Source: Candidatus Latescibacterota bacterium (GTDB lineage: Bacteria; Latescibacterota; UBA2968; UBA8231). From it: a DNA stretch of 64,000 nucleotides. Position 1 is the first letter of the stretch, and each line of letters opens with the position of its first letter. The stretch covers positions 5,408,001 through 5,472,000 of the forward strand of contig CBDETY010000003.1 in the NCBI GenBank assembly GCA_965243025.1, read 5' to 3'. Of the stretch, positions 51,447 to 61,770 are shown piece by piece. Below the pieces are notes generated by a model that was given only the letters and a program-made list of their open reading frames with translations, made no database searches and was not told the origin of the DNA. Position numbers and translations under genes: made by a program.

Positions 51447-53174
51447 ACCGATCTGTTCGGGGTGCCGCAGTTCAGACTGGTCACCAGGGCGGATGGCAAC
51501 ATCAAAAACCAGCTGAATCAGCGCGAGGTCGTCTTCGACTACGGCATTCCCACGGCCAACCAGATCGTCGGACTGACGACCGAGATCCGCGATTTTCACG
51601 GCTTCGATCTCTACGGCGAGGTCAACGTCAATACGGAGTACCGAAAATACCCCGCCATCGGCCACAAGAAACACAAGGCATTGTCGGGTATTAGGGGAGA
51701 CCGCAACGCCCTGGGCTGGATGGCGAACCTTTCCTGGAAGGAAGGGCCGTGGTCGCTGTTCGCCGAGGGTTTCGGCATGGAAGACGGGTATTCGACCAGC
51801 ATCAAGCCGCTGCGCCAGAGAGGAACGACGGATTACTCGCCGGAAGCCACCAACCTGCTGTACGATTACGTCGACGACAACGACGACAACGACAGGCACC
51901 CGGATCAGCTGCGCGTCGGCGAGGGAAGCCTCATCCCGCAGCGCGGTTTCCAACGTCAGTCCACCATCGAGCCACGGGGTACCGCCGATCCCGAAGTGTT
52001 CCCAGGGTACGACGAAAACGGCGACTTCATCTCCGACTTCAACCAGAACAACCTTTTCGATCGCCGGAACTTCTTCCCCGACTACGACGAGCCCTTCCTG
52101 CGTTACCGCAGCGACCGTCCCGAATTTCTGTTCGGGATGGACCTCAACAACAACGGCTGGATCGACCGCTTCGAAAACGACGACGAGCCGGACTACCCCT
52201 ACAAGAAGGACCACTGGGGGTACAACATATACGGCGGCGCCGAGATCACTCCCGCAGCCAGGTTTCGCGTAGGGCAGCTGCGGCAGGAAATGGAGAAGAG
52301 CGCGCGCGCGAGCACCACCTCATATGCCATGATCGCCTTCGACAACGACTGGGCGGACTGGGGTCGAGTGCGCGCCTTCGATATGCTCAAGCGAGCTAAG
52401 GACGACATCCCCGATCACCTGGTGCAATGGGTCATACCTCGCGCCGAGTTCGGCTCCTCGTCCGCATCCAGCGGCCGCCTGGAAGCGGTGGAAGATCTGC
52501 TCGGCGCGGAGGACACCTGGATCAACACACTCTACGGAGACTGGAAATACGAGAGCCGCTGGGGATGGTCGACGTTTCACCGTTTCAAGTGGGAGACCTG
52601 GCGGCAGCAGGATGTCGACGTCGAGTACCAGCTCGACGATGCCGGAGAACGCGTACTCGACGCCGACGGCGAGCCCATCGTGCTGTTCGACCCACTCGGC
52701 CCCGAAGAGCGCAACGGTCGCAAGCAGTCCGGTTTCTTCGGTATCATCAACAAACTGGACCACGTGTTCTTTCTCGGGTCGGTGCGCGTGGATCCGCGGT
52801 ACAAGAGCGAGTACTTGAGGGAGACGCCGTTCAGCCTCGGTCTCGACAAGAGGAAGTCATGGGATAACCTGTTCATGCTGCTGACCAGCGTACCCGCGTT
52901 CCGGGCAACCGTGTTTCAAGTCGGCGTGGAACAGCGCTTCTTCGTCAACCTGAGGGGGGACGAGGACGATATTGCGGCCGGCGAGTTCACGGGTGATTTC
53001 CGCGGCTCCGTGCTGGCCCTGCAGCTCACCAACAAGAGCAAGTACCTCGGCTACGACCTGACCACCCAGCTCGGCATCCGGCTCGACCGCCGTTCTCTCG
53101 AAGTAGTCGACGGCGACCGGGAATCCCAGACATCGGGACTGTCGTTCCTGTCGATCTTCGCGGGCCTCCGCTAG
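51447..53174 (+). pseudogene. 3' portion of a third predicted barrel gene, close paralog of 35502-38456
   Basis: Colinear with 36729-38456, many synonymous differences; begins mid-gene directly after oriIS A. Confidence 0.88.
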
Positions 53175-53502
53175 GAGTCATCGTAAGTTATTGATTTTTT
53201 TCGATTAATGAGTAAACCTTCAGAATGTATCACAGCTCCGTTCTGAATCTCCTACATGGAATCAGAATTTTCCTTGACCTGCCGCGTTTAAATCAGTACT
53301 TACTAGCATTAGCATTCTCAGAGTGCCGCTCTGTGCTTGAACGAAGCGCGCGAAGGGGGTGAGCTCGGGTACCAGAACGCAACAGCTAACATCTGAACTT
53401 TATTTCATCTCAATCCACCCTTTCACATCACATCCTTAGCTAAGGAGTAGTATCATGGTTGGTCCAGTATCGGCCTTGGGGGAACGGGAGGAAGTAGTTT
53501 TC

Positions 53503-54420
53503 GTGAAGAAGATTTCCCTGCTGTTGGCTGCCGGCGCCTTGGTGTTCGCACTGAGCACGGCGGTCACAGCGCACGATCCACCCGATTTCCTCGGCGCCGT
53601 GTGGGCATGGCCTGAAAACGCCCTGCCCGTGCTCGACGGGGATCTCAGCGAGTGGGACATCATTCCCCCCGAGCTGTGGATCACCGAGCAGGACGTCGTC
53701 AACAGCTCCGACAGGGTGACGGCCTACACCGGAGACATCGATGTCTCCTCCATGTCCTTCCGCTGGGTGCTCAGCTGGAACGACGAGACCAATCGCATCT
53801 ACTTCGGCTACGAGCGCTTCGACGACAAGCACTGGGGCGGCGGCGAGCACTACGAGGGCGCCATGGACGCCGACCATAGCGGCGGTACCTTCTGGGATAT
53901 CGAAGGTATGACCGACGAGGAGGCCCAGCGCCAGCGCGGTCGCCATGCCCAGATTTTTGGCTGGCATTTCGACTGGGAGGAGAGATGGTCGAACAACTGG
54001 ATGACGCAGGCCGACTGGTACGACGACCCGCTGTATACCGACCACGTCCACCGCGTCGAGGGCGTTCCTGGATCGACTGACGAGACCCGCCTCTTCGCCG
54101 AGTGGTACCAGATCTACTGGGACGACTTCAACTGGGAAGATCCTGAGGGAAGCATCGTGCACGAATTCGAAGACGATCAGATCATCGGCTACAGTGCTCA
54201 CGTGTACGATAAGGACGATGCTTACGAAGACGAAAACGGCGAAACCAGAGAAGACTGCAACTGCCACTCGCGCTGGACCCTCAGCCCGAACGTCGAGTCG
54301 TTCGGCAATGCCGACTACCTCGCCGACTTCCTCATTCTGCCGATCGACGACAGCGCCAATTTCGTCACGGCAGTCGAAGAAGACAGCTGGGGCAGAATCA
54401 AGGCTTCGCTGGCCAAATAA
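53503..54420 (+). CDS. Secreted acidic CBM9/DOMON-like protein with C-terminal TAVE...SWGRIK tail
   Basis: GGAGG RBS + GTG; signal peptide ending VTA, mature N-terminus HDPP; PVLDGDLSEW motif typical of CBM9/DOMON-like domains; ends TAVEEDSWGRIKASLAK. Confidence 0.72.
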   Translation: MKKISLLLAAGALVFALSTAVTAHDPPDFLGAVWAWPENALPVLDGDLSEWDIIPPELWITEQDVVNSSDRVTAYTGDIDVSSMSFRWVLSWNDETNRIYFGYERFDDKHWGGGEHYEGAMDADHSGGTFWDIEGMTDEEAQRQRGRHAQIFGWHFDWEERWSNNWMTQADWYDDPLYTDHVHRVEGVPGSTDETRLFAEWYQIYWDDFNWEDPEGSIVHEFEDDQIIGYSAHVYDKDDAYEDENGETREDCNCHSRWTLSPNVESFGNADYLADFLILPIDDSANFVTAVEEDSWGRIKASLAK

Positions 54421-54443
54421 TCAGGCTGGCACAGCCGATCATG

Positions 54444-54480
54444 AGGGATGGATCCGATTACCGGGTCCATCCCTTTTTTT
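54444..54480 (+). terminator. Intrinsic terminator
   Basis: Same hairpin + T7 as 39406-39442. Confidence 0.88.
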
Positions 54481-54525
54481 CGTACATTTCGCGGTATCTC
54501 GGTGTCTACGCGAAGCACGAACGGA

Positions 54526-54793
54526 GTCTCGCGCGATTTGTATATCGGATCCCAGTAAGTGGCCAATGCAATGCGTCACCAAAATCAGCGATCCAACTTC
54601 GCTCCCGATGGTATGGCTGGATATCGGGAACCACCAGGATGACATCATAATCCGACAACGCATCGACGTCCGAGTTGGGGTAGGCTCGCGTGCTGGTCAA
54701 TAACATGGCCCTGACGGCAGGCCGGGCATGTGCCCATTCCAACAATTTCGCAACCACCGAATCATCGCGAAGCTCATCTGGTAAGGAACTCAT
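54526..54793 (-). pseudogene. 5' fragment of an aminoglycoside 6-adenylyltransferase-like nucleotidyltransferase
   Basis: VRAMLLTSTRA...VDALSDYDVILVV...WIADFGD; 5-bp duplication (caatg x2, 54564-54573) shifts frame; truncated at 54526. Confidence 0.7.
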
Positions 54794-56406
54794 GCAACTC
54801 TCTTACTCTCGCGAACTCGTTGTCGAGCGAACGTCCGTTAATGATCAGCATCGCTGTGATGTCACCGGAGTTGTCGCGGACGAACTGGACAACCGATGCG
54901 AACCAGAGACTGCCTCTGAACTCGTCGCGCTCCAGGGGACACAGCTCGATCGCCTGGTGACGACGATGCTTGGCGATGAGCGTTTCACCGCGCAATTCGA
55001 CCGAATAGACAGCATCGAGCTCCTCGCTGTAATACCGGCCTTCGAATGCGCGCAATTCCTCGGCGGACGGATTCCACGCTTCCACCCGCTTCCTCTCGAT
55101 ATCACGGTAGTCGAGGTGTGTTACCTGGCCACTGGCATTCCGGCGGAATCTCATGGCGGCGTTATATGCCGGTACGTAGAACTCCTCTTGCGATATCGCG
55201 ACCATCGGAAATCGGGACTCACGTGTCGCCTGAGTCATCAGTTGATCTCCATCGCGTGTAATCTCCAGTAACAAACCGGGGTCGAGCCTGTAAGTGCCGA
55301 CATAGCTGTCAAGCGTTGCCGCATCAACCGGCACTGAGTCTTCCGGTCCTGGCTTATCGTCTCGTTCTCGACCGTGAGAACATCGGCAAGATACATATCC
55401 GCGATCTGATAGGCCGAGCGCGAGGGATTGAAACTCGAAGAATTCCCCAGGACAACAATGCCCAATCGCTGCTCCGGGAAGTGGAGCAGCGTCGTACTAA
55501 ACCCGGCCCAGGAGCCGTCATGGGATGCAGTTGGTTGTCCGCGGTACTCACCGATGTTTAGACCATATGCATAGGAAATCGTGTCTCCGTTGTTGAGCAC
55601 ACCACGGGTTCTCATCCGTTCGATTACAGCGGGACCGCCGACAACAGCCGCATCGAAGTTCGTCACCCACTTGCCAAGATCGTCTACAGTAGAGAACAGA
55701 GAGCTCGAGCCGAGGGCCGTGAGGCCGTTCATGACAGCCTCGTAGTGGCCGTCATTCCCGCCATACCCGTACACCCTGCGGGGGACGACTTCTGAATGGT
55801 CATCGTGGAAGTGGGTATCATTCATCCCGAGCGGTGCGAAGAGGTTTTCGTGTGTCCACTCACGAAAGCTCTTGCCCGTGACTCGTGAGACCAGCTCAGC
55901 TAGAAGATTGTATCCCGTGTTCGAGTACAGATGGCGCTCGCCAGGAGTGAAGTTCAACGTCTTCTGGTGATACGCCATGGTCAGGATCTGACTGAAAGAG
56001 ATCACGTCGTCCATTTGCCATCCGGCTATGGCAAGTGTTCCCACCCAGTCTCGTACCCCGCTTATGTGGTGGAGAAGATGGCGAACAGTGATGGTCTTAC
56101 CGAAGTCGGAAAGCTCATGGATGTAGTCCCTGATATCATCGTCGGGATGCAACTTGCCCCCTCGACAAGCATGCTGATCGCCATACCGGCGAACTGCTTC
56201 GACACCGAGGCGATGTCAAACACCGACTCGGGCGTGATCGAGATCTGGTGCTCAATATTGGCGCTTCCATATCCCTTTCGGTGGAGCACCACTCCATCCT
56301 TTATGACAAGAACGGCCGCGCCGGGCTTATCAGGTTGGTCCATCTCTACAAACAAGGCGTCGATCTGAGCCGAAAGAGAGTCGCCCTGCGTCGAAGTACG
56401 ATTCAC
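54774..56406 (-). pseudogene. Serine hydrolase (class C beta-lactamase/PBP-like) with C-terminal DUF3471-like domains, two frameshifts
   Basis: FDIASVSKQF (SxxK), ITVRHLLHHISG, YSNTGY, HDGSWAGF split over three consecutive ORFs (56062-56406, 55238-56152, 54774-55334). Confidence 0.82.
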
Positions 56407-56499
56407 GGATGCATCTCCGGTCTGTAGCTAGTTATTGAGCGCCGAATTGTCGCCTTCTAGCCAGGACCTGGATGTTGGTCGACGAATCGGCCCTCACTC

Positions 56500-56892
56500 A
56501 CCCGTCTTCATTTGCCTTCAGACCGGGGACGAACACGTGAGGAGGGAGAACATGTTCGACAGAAGGAAATCAACATAGTCCTTTCTCTTCAGCCTCAGGT
56601 GATCATTGGCGATTTTAACGTTCGACCTGGTGAACCAGTCTATCAGAGGATGAAAAAAATGGGATATATAGATGCAGCGGTTAAGGTGGGAAAAGATAAA
56701 ACTCCTACAACTGGCAACGTTCGTGTTGATTACGTATGGATCCAGAGTGCAGTTAACTTGGAATTGATAGACTATACTGTGCTTGGTCAGAGGGAGTTCA
56801 ATCACACGATTGGAGATGAAATTCATATCTTAAGCGATCATTTACCGGTTAAAGTAACGTTTAGCACGGAAAAGGGAAATACCCAAATATGA
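56500..56892 (+). pseudogene. C-terminal fragment of an endonuclease/exonuclease/phosphatase (EEP) protein, low GC
   Basis: IIGDFN, RVDYVW, SDHLPV motifs; no N-terminal half; AT-rich relative to flanks. Confidence 0.75.
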
Positions 56893-56990
56893 AATTTGAT
56901 GCTATTTTCTTTGATTCTGGTGGAACTCTGTTTGATTTTTCAAATCCATTGTTAAGAAGGAATCGGTACTATGAGAAACAGAAAAAGATG
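56889..56990 (+). pseudogene. N-terminal fragment of a HAD-family hydrolase
   Basis: MKFDAIF/DSGGTLFDF across a 1-bp frameshift, overlapping the EEP stop. Confidence 0.5.
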
Positions 56991-57072
56991 TCCCGCCCAT
57001 CCAGGACAGTGTAAATTTGGATGACTCCCTTAAGACTATGAGGTTGATGGAGAAAATAGGGGAGATCTCTAG

Positions 57073-58629
57073 CAGGCCGTTGAAAATCCGGGTTATTCCG
57101 GAAACCCCGGACGTCGCGGATGTATGATTTCCTTTCCCAAGAAAATCGGTTATCAGGCTAAACATTCCCATTTATAGAAATGGTCCCGAAAAGGACAGCT
57201 CAACAATCGCAAATAACCGAAAATTCGACCCAAAAGAGCGTTTGCGCGATCGGCAAAAGTCGAGAAAACCGATGCCAATCCATACAACCCTTTCGGCGTT
57301 CCCTTTCCGGTGAGCTTGCGCATCACCAGCCCGAGATTGAAGGCGCCGCCATGAATACACAGACGCTTGTAGATGTTGGTGTGGCCGCGCAGGTGAGTGC
57401 GGCGCATGCCTCCCGTTTCGTAGGTATGAGCGAAACTGCGCTCCACGTGCTCGGCGCGAAGCCGCTGCAGCCTCTTGCCGCGGTCTCCCCGTATACGCCG
57501 ACGATTCGCATACACCGCCGTCTTGGCCGGCGCATCCTTCTTCCAGTTGCGCCGACCGCGATCCGGTTCGGCCACGTAGCTGCGGATCTCCGCCGTCCTC
57601 AGCATCTTCATCGTGTCATTGCTGTGATACCCCCGGTCCGCCACCACTTCGCTCAGCCTGATCTGCTCATCGACACCGACCTCTTTCAGGCTGCGGTCCG
57701 CCTGCACCAGACTCCACAGCAGCGACGCGGTATCCCCTTCATCGGCGCCGCACACCTGCAGGGCCACCAGCGCCTGCGTGTCCAGATCGACCGTATGTTC
57801 GGCCTTGTGGGCCATATGCGTGCGGCCGTCTTTCATCCTGGTTATGCGGGCCTCCCGATCATGGGGATGCGCCCAGTCCCGGTTGGACGCCTTGTTGGCC
57901 CGCTTGCGGTCGAGCCGGGCCACCTCCTGCCGGGTCGGCTCCGGAATGCCTTCGGCCCGGGCCAACCCTTCCAGATACTCGCGGTAGCCCTGGCCCGTAT
58001 CCCGGCGCACGATGCTGCGCATCGCCGCGTTGGCCTCCAGCGTGGTGGCGTCCACCGCCACCGTCTTTCCCTGCAGCAGGTCCCGGTCGGACAACACCTT
58101 CAGCACCCAGTCGAAGACCGCTTCGTGCACCGCTTCGGGCAGGCGCTGACGAATACGCGACAGGCTCGAATGATCCGGGGTGGACTCGGTCAGGGCGTAG
58201 CCGAGAAAGCGACGCAGAGCCAACGAATCGGCGACCCGCCAGGCAATGGCCCGCTCCGATCCCAGGCCTTCGAAATAGCCGATCATGAGCATGCGGAAAT
58301 ACACCCCGGGAGCAATACTGGGACGGCCCAACCTCTGGGCGTAATACGGGGCGCACTGCTCTTCTACAAAGGAATCAAACCCATGCTCTTCCAGCAGCCG
58401 GTTGAGTTGGGTGTAAAACGGATGGCTCGGGGTCTCGGGGAGGGTATGGGTCGGCACCCAGATCTCCTGCTGCTGACTTTTCCGACGTTTGCTCATCGAC
58501 ATCACCGGCCTCCTTGGGGCATCGGCTCGTTTTTCTTGGATCTTTCATAAATCTAGAAAAGGGCGGGTACGACGGGCAATCGTCTGAGGCTATGTTTTTA
58601 TTAGGAAATAGGACTTTTTCAACAGCCTG
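57073..58629 (-). mobile_element. IS5/IS1182-type insertion sequence
   Basis: IRs CAGGC(C/T)GTTGAAAA; CTAG duplicated on both sides (57069-57072, 58630-58633); GC-rich element inside AT-rich DNA. Confidence 0.9.
57153..58505 (-). CDS. IS5/IS1182-type DDE transposase (DUF772 N-terminus)
   Basis: GRPSIAP..YFRMLMIGYFEG..SER, TPDHSSLSRIR, VAVDAT, VVADRGY, RAEHVERSFAH. Confidence 0.92.
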   Translation of the reverse strand: MMSMSKRRKSQQQEIWVPTHTLPETPSHPFYTQLNRLLEEHGFDSFVEEQCAPYYAQRLGRPSIAPGVYFRMLMIGYFEGLGSERAIAWRVADSLALRRFLGYALTESTPDHSSLSRIRQRLPEAVHEAVFDWVLKVLSDRDLLQGKTVAVDATTLEANAAMRSIVRRDTGQGYREYLEGLARAEGIPEPTRQEVARLDRKRANKASNRDWAHPHDREARITRMKDGRTHMAHKAEHTVDLDTQALVALQVCGADEGDTASLLWSLVQADRSLKEVGVDEQIRLSEVVADRGYHSNDTMKMLRTAEIRSYVAEPDRGRRNWKKDAPAKTAVYANRRRIRGDRGKRLQRLRAEHVERSFAHTYETGGMRRTHLRGHTNIYKRLCIHGGAFNLGLVMRKLTGKGTPKGLYGLASVFSTFADRANALLGRIFGYLRLLSCPFRDHFYKWECLA

Positions 58630-58850
58630 CTAGTGTTTAGTAGAGGATCGTCTTATTAAGAGAATTAGCCCAGATTAAGACAAGTATATATTAGTAACGG
58701 ACCACCAAAGTGTGGGGTAAATCGAGGAAAGGAACAAAAAACATCCCCAACCGTAGTTCAGGCACCCCTGCCTAAACGCTTCGGCAAGGGCCGAAGCTAC
58801 GAGTGGTTCGTTGTAAGATCATGTTTGGAAGAGCACTTGAGGAGGTTCGG

Positions 58851-59654
58851 ATGGACAAGGATAGAATAGTTTTACCCACATGCGAAGTCAGCATGGACCC
58901 TGAGACAGCCATTGAGATGGGGAGAAGCTGGGGAATAAAACACTTTGAGATAAAGACCCTATGGGAAAATAGAAGAATACCCTTTATAACGGAGGAGCAG
59001 AAAGATCATCTGAAACGCGTGGTAAAGGACTACGGCGTAGATATAACCGCTATCTCTCCGGGGTTGTTTATCGGCAGCGAAGCAAGGGAAGATTTAGCAA
59101 AGAAAGAGCTTGATGAGAAGTTACCCCTCAGCATAGATCTTGCAAAAGAACTTGATGTTAAGATAATGGTCATATTCAGTTTCAGGAAGGCCGAGAGGGT
59201 GGAGGAAAGTTGGGTAATAGACAAACTTGGAAAAGTAGTTGACGCCGCTAAGGACGCCGAAATAACTCTCGTAATAGAGCCTTTGATTGGCAACTACTGC
59301 GATAGTGGGGGGGCTCTAAGCAGAGTTATTAGAGGGGTGGGCAGCGATACTCTTCGTGTAAACTGGGACGCCGGAAACGTTGCTAAAGCCGGTTATAAAG
59401 CTTTTCCAGATGAGTATGACCAAGTAAAAGACCTGGTGTCGTATGTTCACCTAAAAAACTATTCATCCACCGGTGACAAGTGGGCTGTCTTTGACGAAGG
59501 AGATATTGACCTTAAAGCCCAACTGGATGCTTTAGGTAAAGATGGTTACAATGGTTATTTGTCGATTGAAACACACACCAGATATAACAAGAGCTTCCAG
59601 CCGGTTTTGGAGGCGAGTAAGTGGAATTTCGATATTTTAACCAAGTGGAGATAA
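58851..59654 (+). CDS. Sugar phosphate isomerase/epimerase TIM barrel, low GC
   Basis: GAGGAGG RBS; LVIEP, VNWDAGN, YVHLKN, GDIDLKAQL, GYNGYLSIETH; ATA/AGA-rich codons. Confidence 0.85.
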   Translation: MDKDRIVLPTCEVSMDPETAIEMGRSWGIKHFEIKTLWENRRIPFITEEQKDHLKRVVKDYGVDITAISPGLFIGSEAREDLAKKELDEKLPLSIDLAKELDVKIMVIFSFRKAERVEESWVIDKLGKVVDAAKDAEITLVIEPLIGNYCDSGGALSRVIRGVGSDTLRVNWDAGNVAKAGYKAFPDEYDQVKDLVSYVHLKNYSSTGDKWAVFDEGDIDLKAQLDALGKDGYNGYLSIETHTRYNKSFQPVLEASKWNFDILTKWR

Positions 59655-59881
59655 TTTCTCAGACCCGGGATGGGTTTCATTTTGGTAGAAATGGATAATA
59701 TCAGTTTGCGAAGTTAACATTTGGTAGGAATTGAGCCTTCAGGCGGGTGTTTTGGGGGTAAAAACCGACTAAAGTCTCTATTCCAGAGAGCCGCATGAAG
59801 CTCGGTCTGGGCTTGGCACCGAGACAGATTACCCTGGATTTCCGAAGAGAGAGACAGAACGGAAGGACGGCTGGCTGAAGG

Positions 59882-61660
59882 TCACTTCCTTCCGCCGATG
59901 GTGGTCCCGTGGGTGCGCTCGGGTGCGTCGGGCGCTCGATCGATCATGCGGTTGGGTCGCCCGTCCTGCTTGACGAGATCGAAGGCGTCGTAGAGCTCTC
60001 CGGTGGCGGTCATCGCGCGGTATTCGAGCGTGTCTCCATTGACGGAGATGACCTGGTAGAGCTGCGTGTTCTCCGCCGCGCGGTCCCACCATTTGTTCGG
60101 GGTGAGCTTGTACTGCTTGGGTCCGCTCACGGAGACGACGTACACGGTGCCGATGTCCGCGTCGGTGGCACTGACCCCGGTGGGCAGGTTCCGGCCGCGA
60201 CCGTACGCGTGGTCATGTCCCGTGAAGACGAGGTCGACGCGATACTTGTCGAAGATGGGCTTCCACAGCTCGCGCAGGCCTTTATTGTCCCGGCCCTCCG
60301 CTGTGGAGTAGATGGGATGGTGGAAGGTGATGAAGGTCCACCGGTTCGGGTTGTCGCTCAGGACGTGTTCGAGCCAGGGCGCCTGGGCGTCGCGCTTCTC
60401 GTTGGAGTTGAGGGAGATGATACGGACGCCCTGGTAGTCGACGTAGTAGACGGATTCCTCGAGTCCCTCGATGCCTCCCTCGGGAAGGGTGAAGTGAGGG
60501 CGCCAGAGCCGGGAGAGACGCCGGGGTAGATTCGTGTGGGTAACGGAACCGTGATCCCAATGTCCAGAGGTATTATTATCGACCGCTCTTTGGGGACCTC
60601 CTCCAGGATATGTACTGGACTGTCTCGCTATCTTGCCGAGGGCTACATTTGTGAGTGTAGCTTCTGCGGATTCTTCGTCTTTACCCCCCATCACCTGGAC
60701 TTCAGCTAAGGAGAGATAGTCCTTTCCCGCTAATTCTATGCGAACATAGCGACCCTTTTTGTTGTTGAGGGGAATAGTCACGGAGGGATTTGGAGGATTC
60801 TTGATATGCGCAACTCTCGACCCTGATACCGTTACGTAAAAATTGGCCAATCGCTCCCCGCAGCAGTCCGTCCGATTCCAGATAACAATAGAATCGATGA
60901 GGTATTCTTCCCCGAGATCGACTTCCCACCATACACTCTGTACGCTTGTGGTGTCCGTGGCGTACTCGTGGTTCCCGGGTGACGGAATGCCGGGAACTGT
61001 CGCGTGGATCCAGCCCCCGGATTCGAACCATTCGCCCCACTCGATGTCCCGGTTGGGGCGATTGACGAGGTCTCCCGCGTGGAGCAGAAAGGCAGCGTCC
61101 GGCGCATCGGAGTAGGCTTCGCGGATGGTGCGCGACCAGAGGGACAGGAGGTTGTTCTGGGCGTCTCCGAAGTAGACGAACGAAAACGGTTCCGCCTTGT
61201 TACTGGCGGTCTCGAACTGAAGCCACTCGCTCCAGAAGTCGCCGCCGCCGACCCGGTAGCCGTAGGTCGTGGCCGGAGTCAGACCGGTCACGACAGCGGA
61301 GTGGTAGAGGGCGACGCCGTTCTCGGTCTCCACTCGCTCGGACTTCGCCGACACTTTGCTCGCATTCAGAAAGAACTTGGGCGAGGCCGTGGCAGGAGCG
61401 ATCTCGACGACAGGCTCGGCCATCGTCGTGTCCGTCCGCCAGGTGACCGCAATCGAGGTGGCCGGATCGCCCTTGAAGTTGAGAACGATGCGATCGGGCA
61501 GGGGCGACGGCCGGGGATCGTGAGCCGCCGTTCCGTATGAGGCGTTGAGCTGGGCTTTGTGATCGGGGGCGGGCTGCTTCACCGCGCAGGATACCGCCAG
61601 GGCCATAACCGACAGACCTGCAACGAGTTGCCGGATCGTGAGGAAGGGAGATCGGGCCAT
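59882..61660 (-). CDS. Purple acid phosphatase-family lipoprotein (FN3-like + metallophosphoesterase) with an in-frame fucolectin/F5-8-type insertion
   Basis: Lipobox LAVSC; YFGDAQN, HAGDLVN, PGNHEY, TFHHP, TGHDHAYGR motifs all present; AGGAG RBS. Confidence 0.85.
   Translation of the reverse strand: MARSPFLTIRQLVAGLSVMALAVSCAVKQPAPDHKAQLNASYGTAAHDPRPSPLPDRIVLNFKGDPATSIAVTWRTDTTMAEPVVEIAPATASPKFFLNASKVSAKSERVETENGVALYHSAVVTGLTPATTYGYRVGGGDFWSEWLQFETASNKAEPFSFVYFGDAQNNLLSLWSRTIREAYSDAPDAAFLLHAGDLVNRPNRDIEWGEWFESGGWIHATVPGIPSPGNHEYATDTTSVQSVWWEVDLGEEYLIDSIVIWNRTDCCGERLANFYVTVSGSRVAHIKNPPNPSVTIPLNNKKGRYVRIELAGKDYLSLAEVQVMGGKDEESAEATLTNVALGKIARQSSTYPGGGPQRAVDNNTSGHWDHGSVTHTNLPRRLSRLWRPHFTLPEGGIEGLEESVYYVDYQGVRIISLNSNEKRDAQAPWLEHVLSDNPNRWTFITFHHPIYSTAEGRDNKGLRELWKPIFDKYRVDLVFTGHDHAYGRGRNLPTGVSATDADIGTVYVVSVSGPKQYKLTPNKWWDRAAENTQLYQVISVNGDTLEYRAMTATGELYDAFDLVKQDGRPNRMIDRAPDAPERTHGTTIGGRK
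60527..60950 (-). other. Lower-GC in-frame insertion encoding a circularly permuted fucolectin (FTP/F5-8 type C) domain
   Basis: WWEVDLG...IWNRTDCCGERL...GRYVRI...LSLAEVQV precedes NVALGKIARQSST...RAVD...SVTHT, the reverse of the native order; boundaries +/- ~10 bp. Confidence 0.8.
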
Positions 61661-61699
61661 TTCTAGAGACTCCTGAAAGGGTGACACCCGGTGTGGAAC

Positions 61700-61770
61700 G
61701 GATAGGACTGATAAGCGGCCATTCTTGGTAGTCTATATCGGTTGGGACGTGAGGTCGAGACCTCCGGCTC
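61700..61770 (-). mobile_element. IS91/ISCR oriIS remnant A (71 bp)
   Basis: Reverse complement of 51373-51443; end CCTATCC abuts GTTC. Confidence 0.85.

Noticed and set aside
51296-51694. Recurrent peptide ...RSRPHVPTDIDYQEWPLISPIR in several ORF-track entries
   Set aside because: It is the translation of the non-coding oriIS repeat read into neighbouring frames, not a protein domain
54526-56406. Beta-lactamase plus aminoglycoside adenylyltransferase as a resistance cluster
   Set aside because: Both are broad enzyme families and both are frameshifted or truncated here
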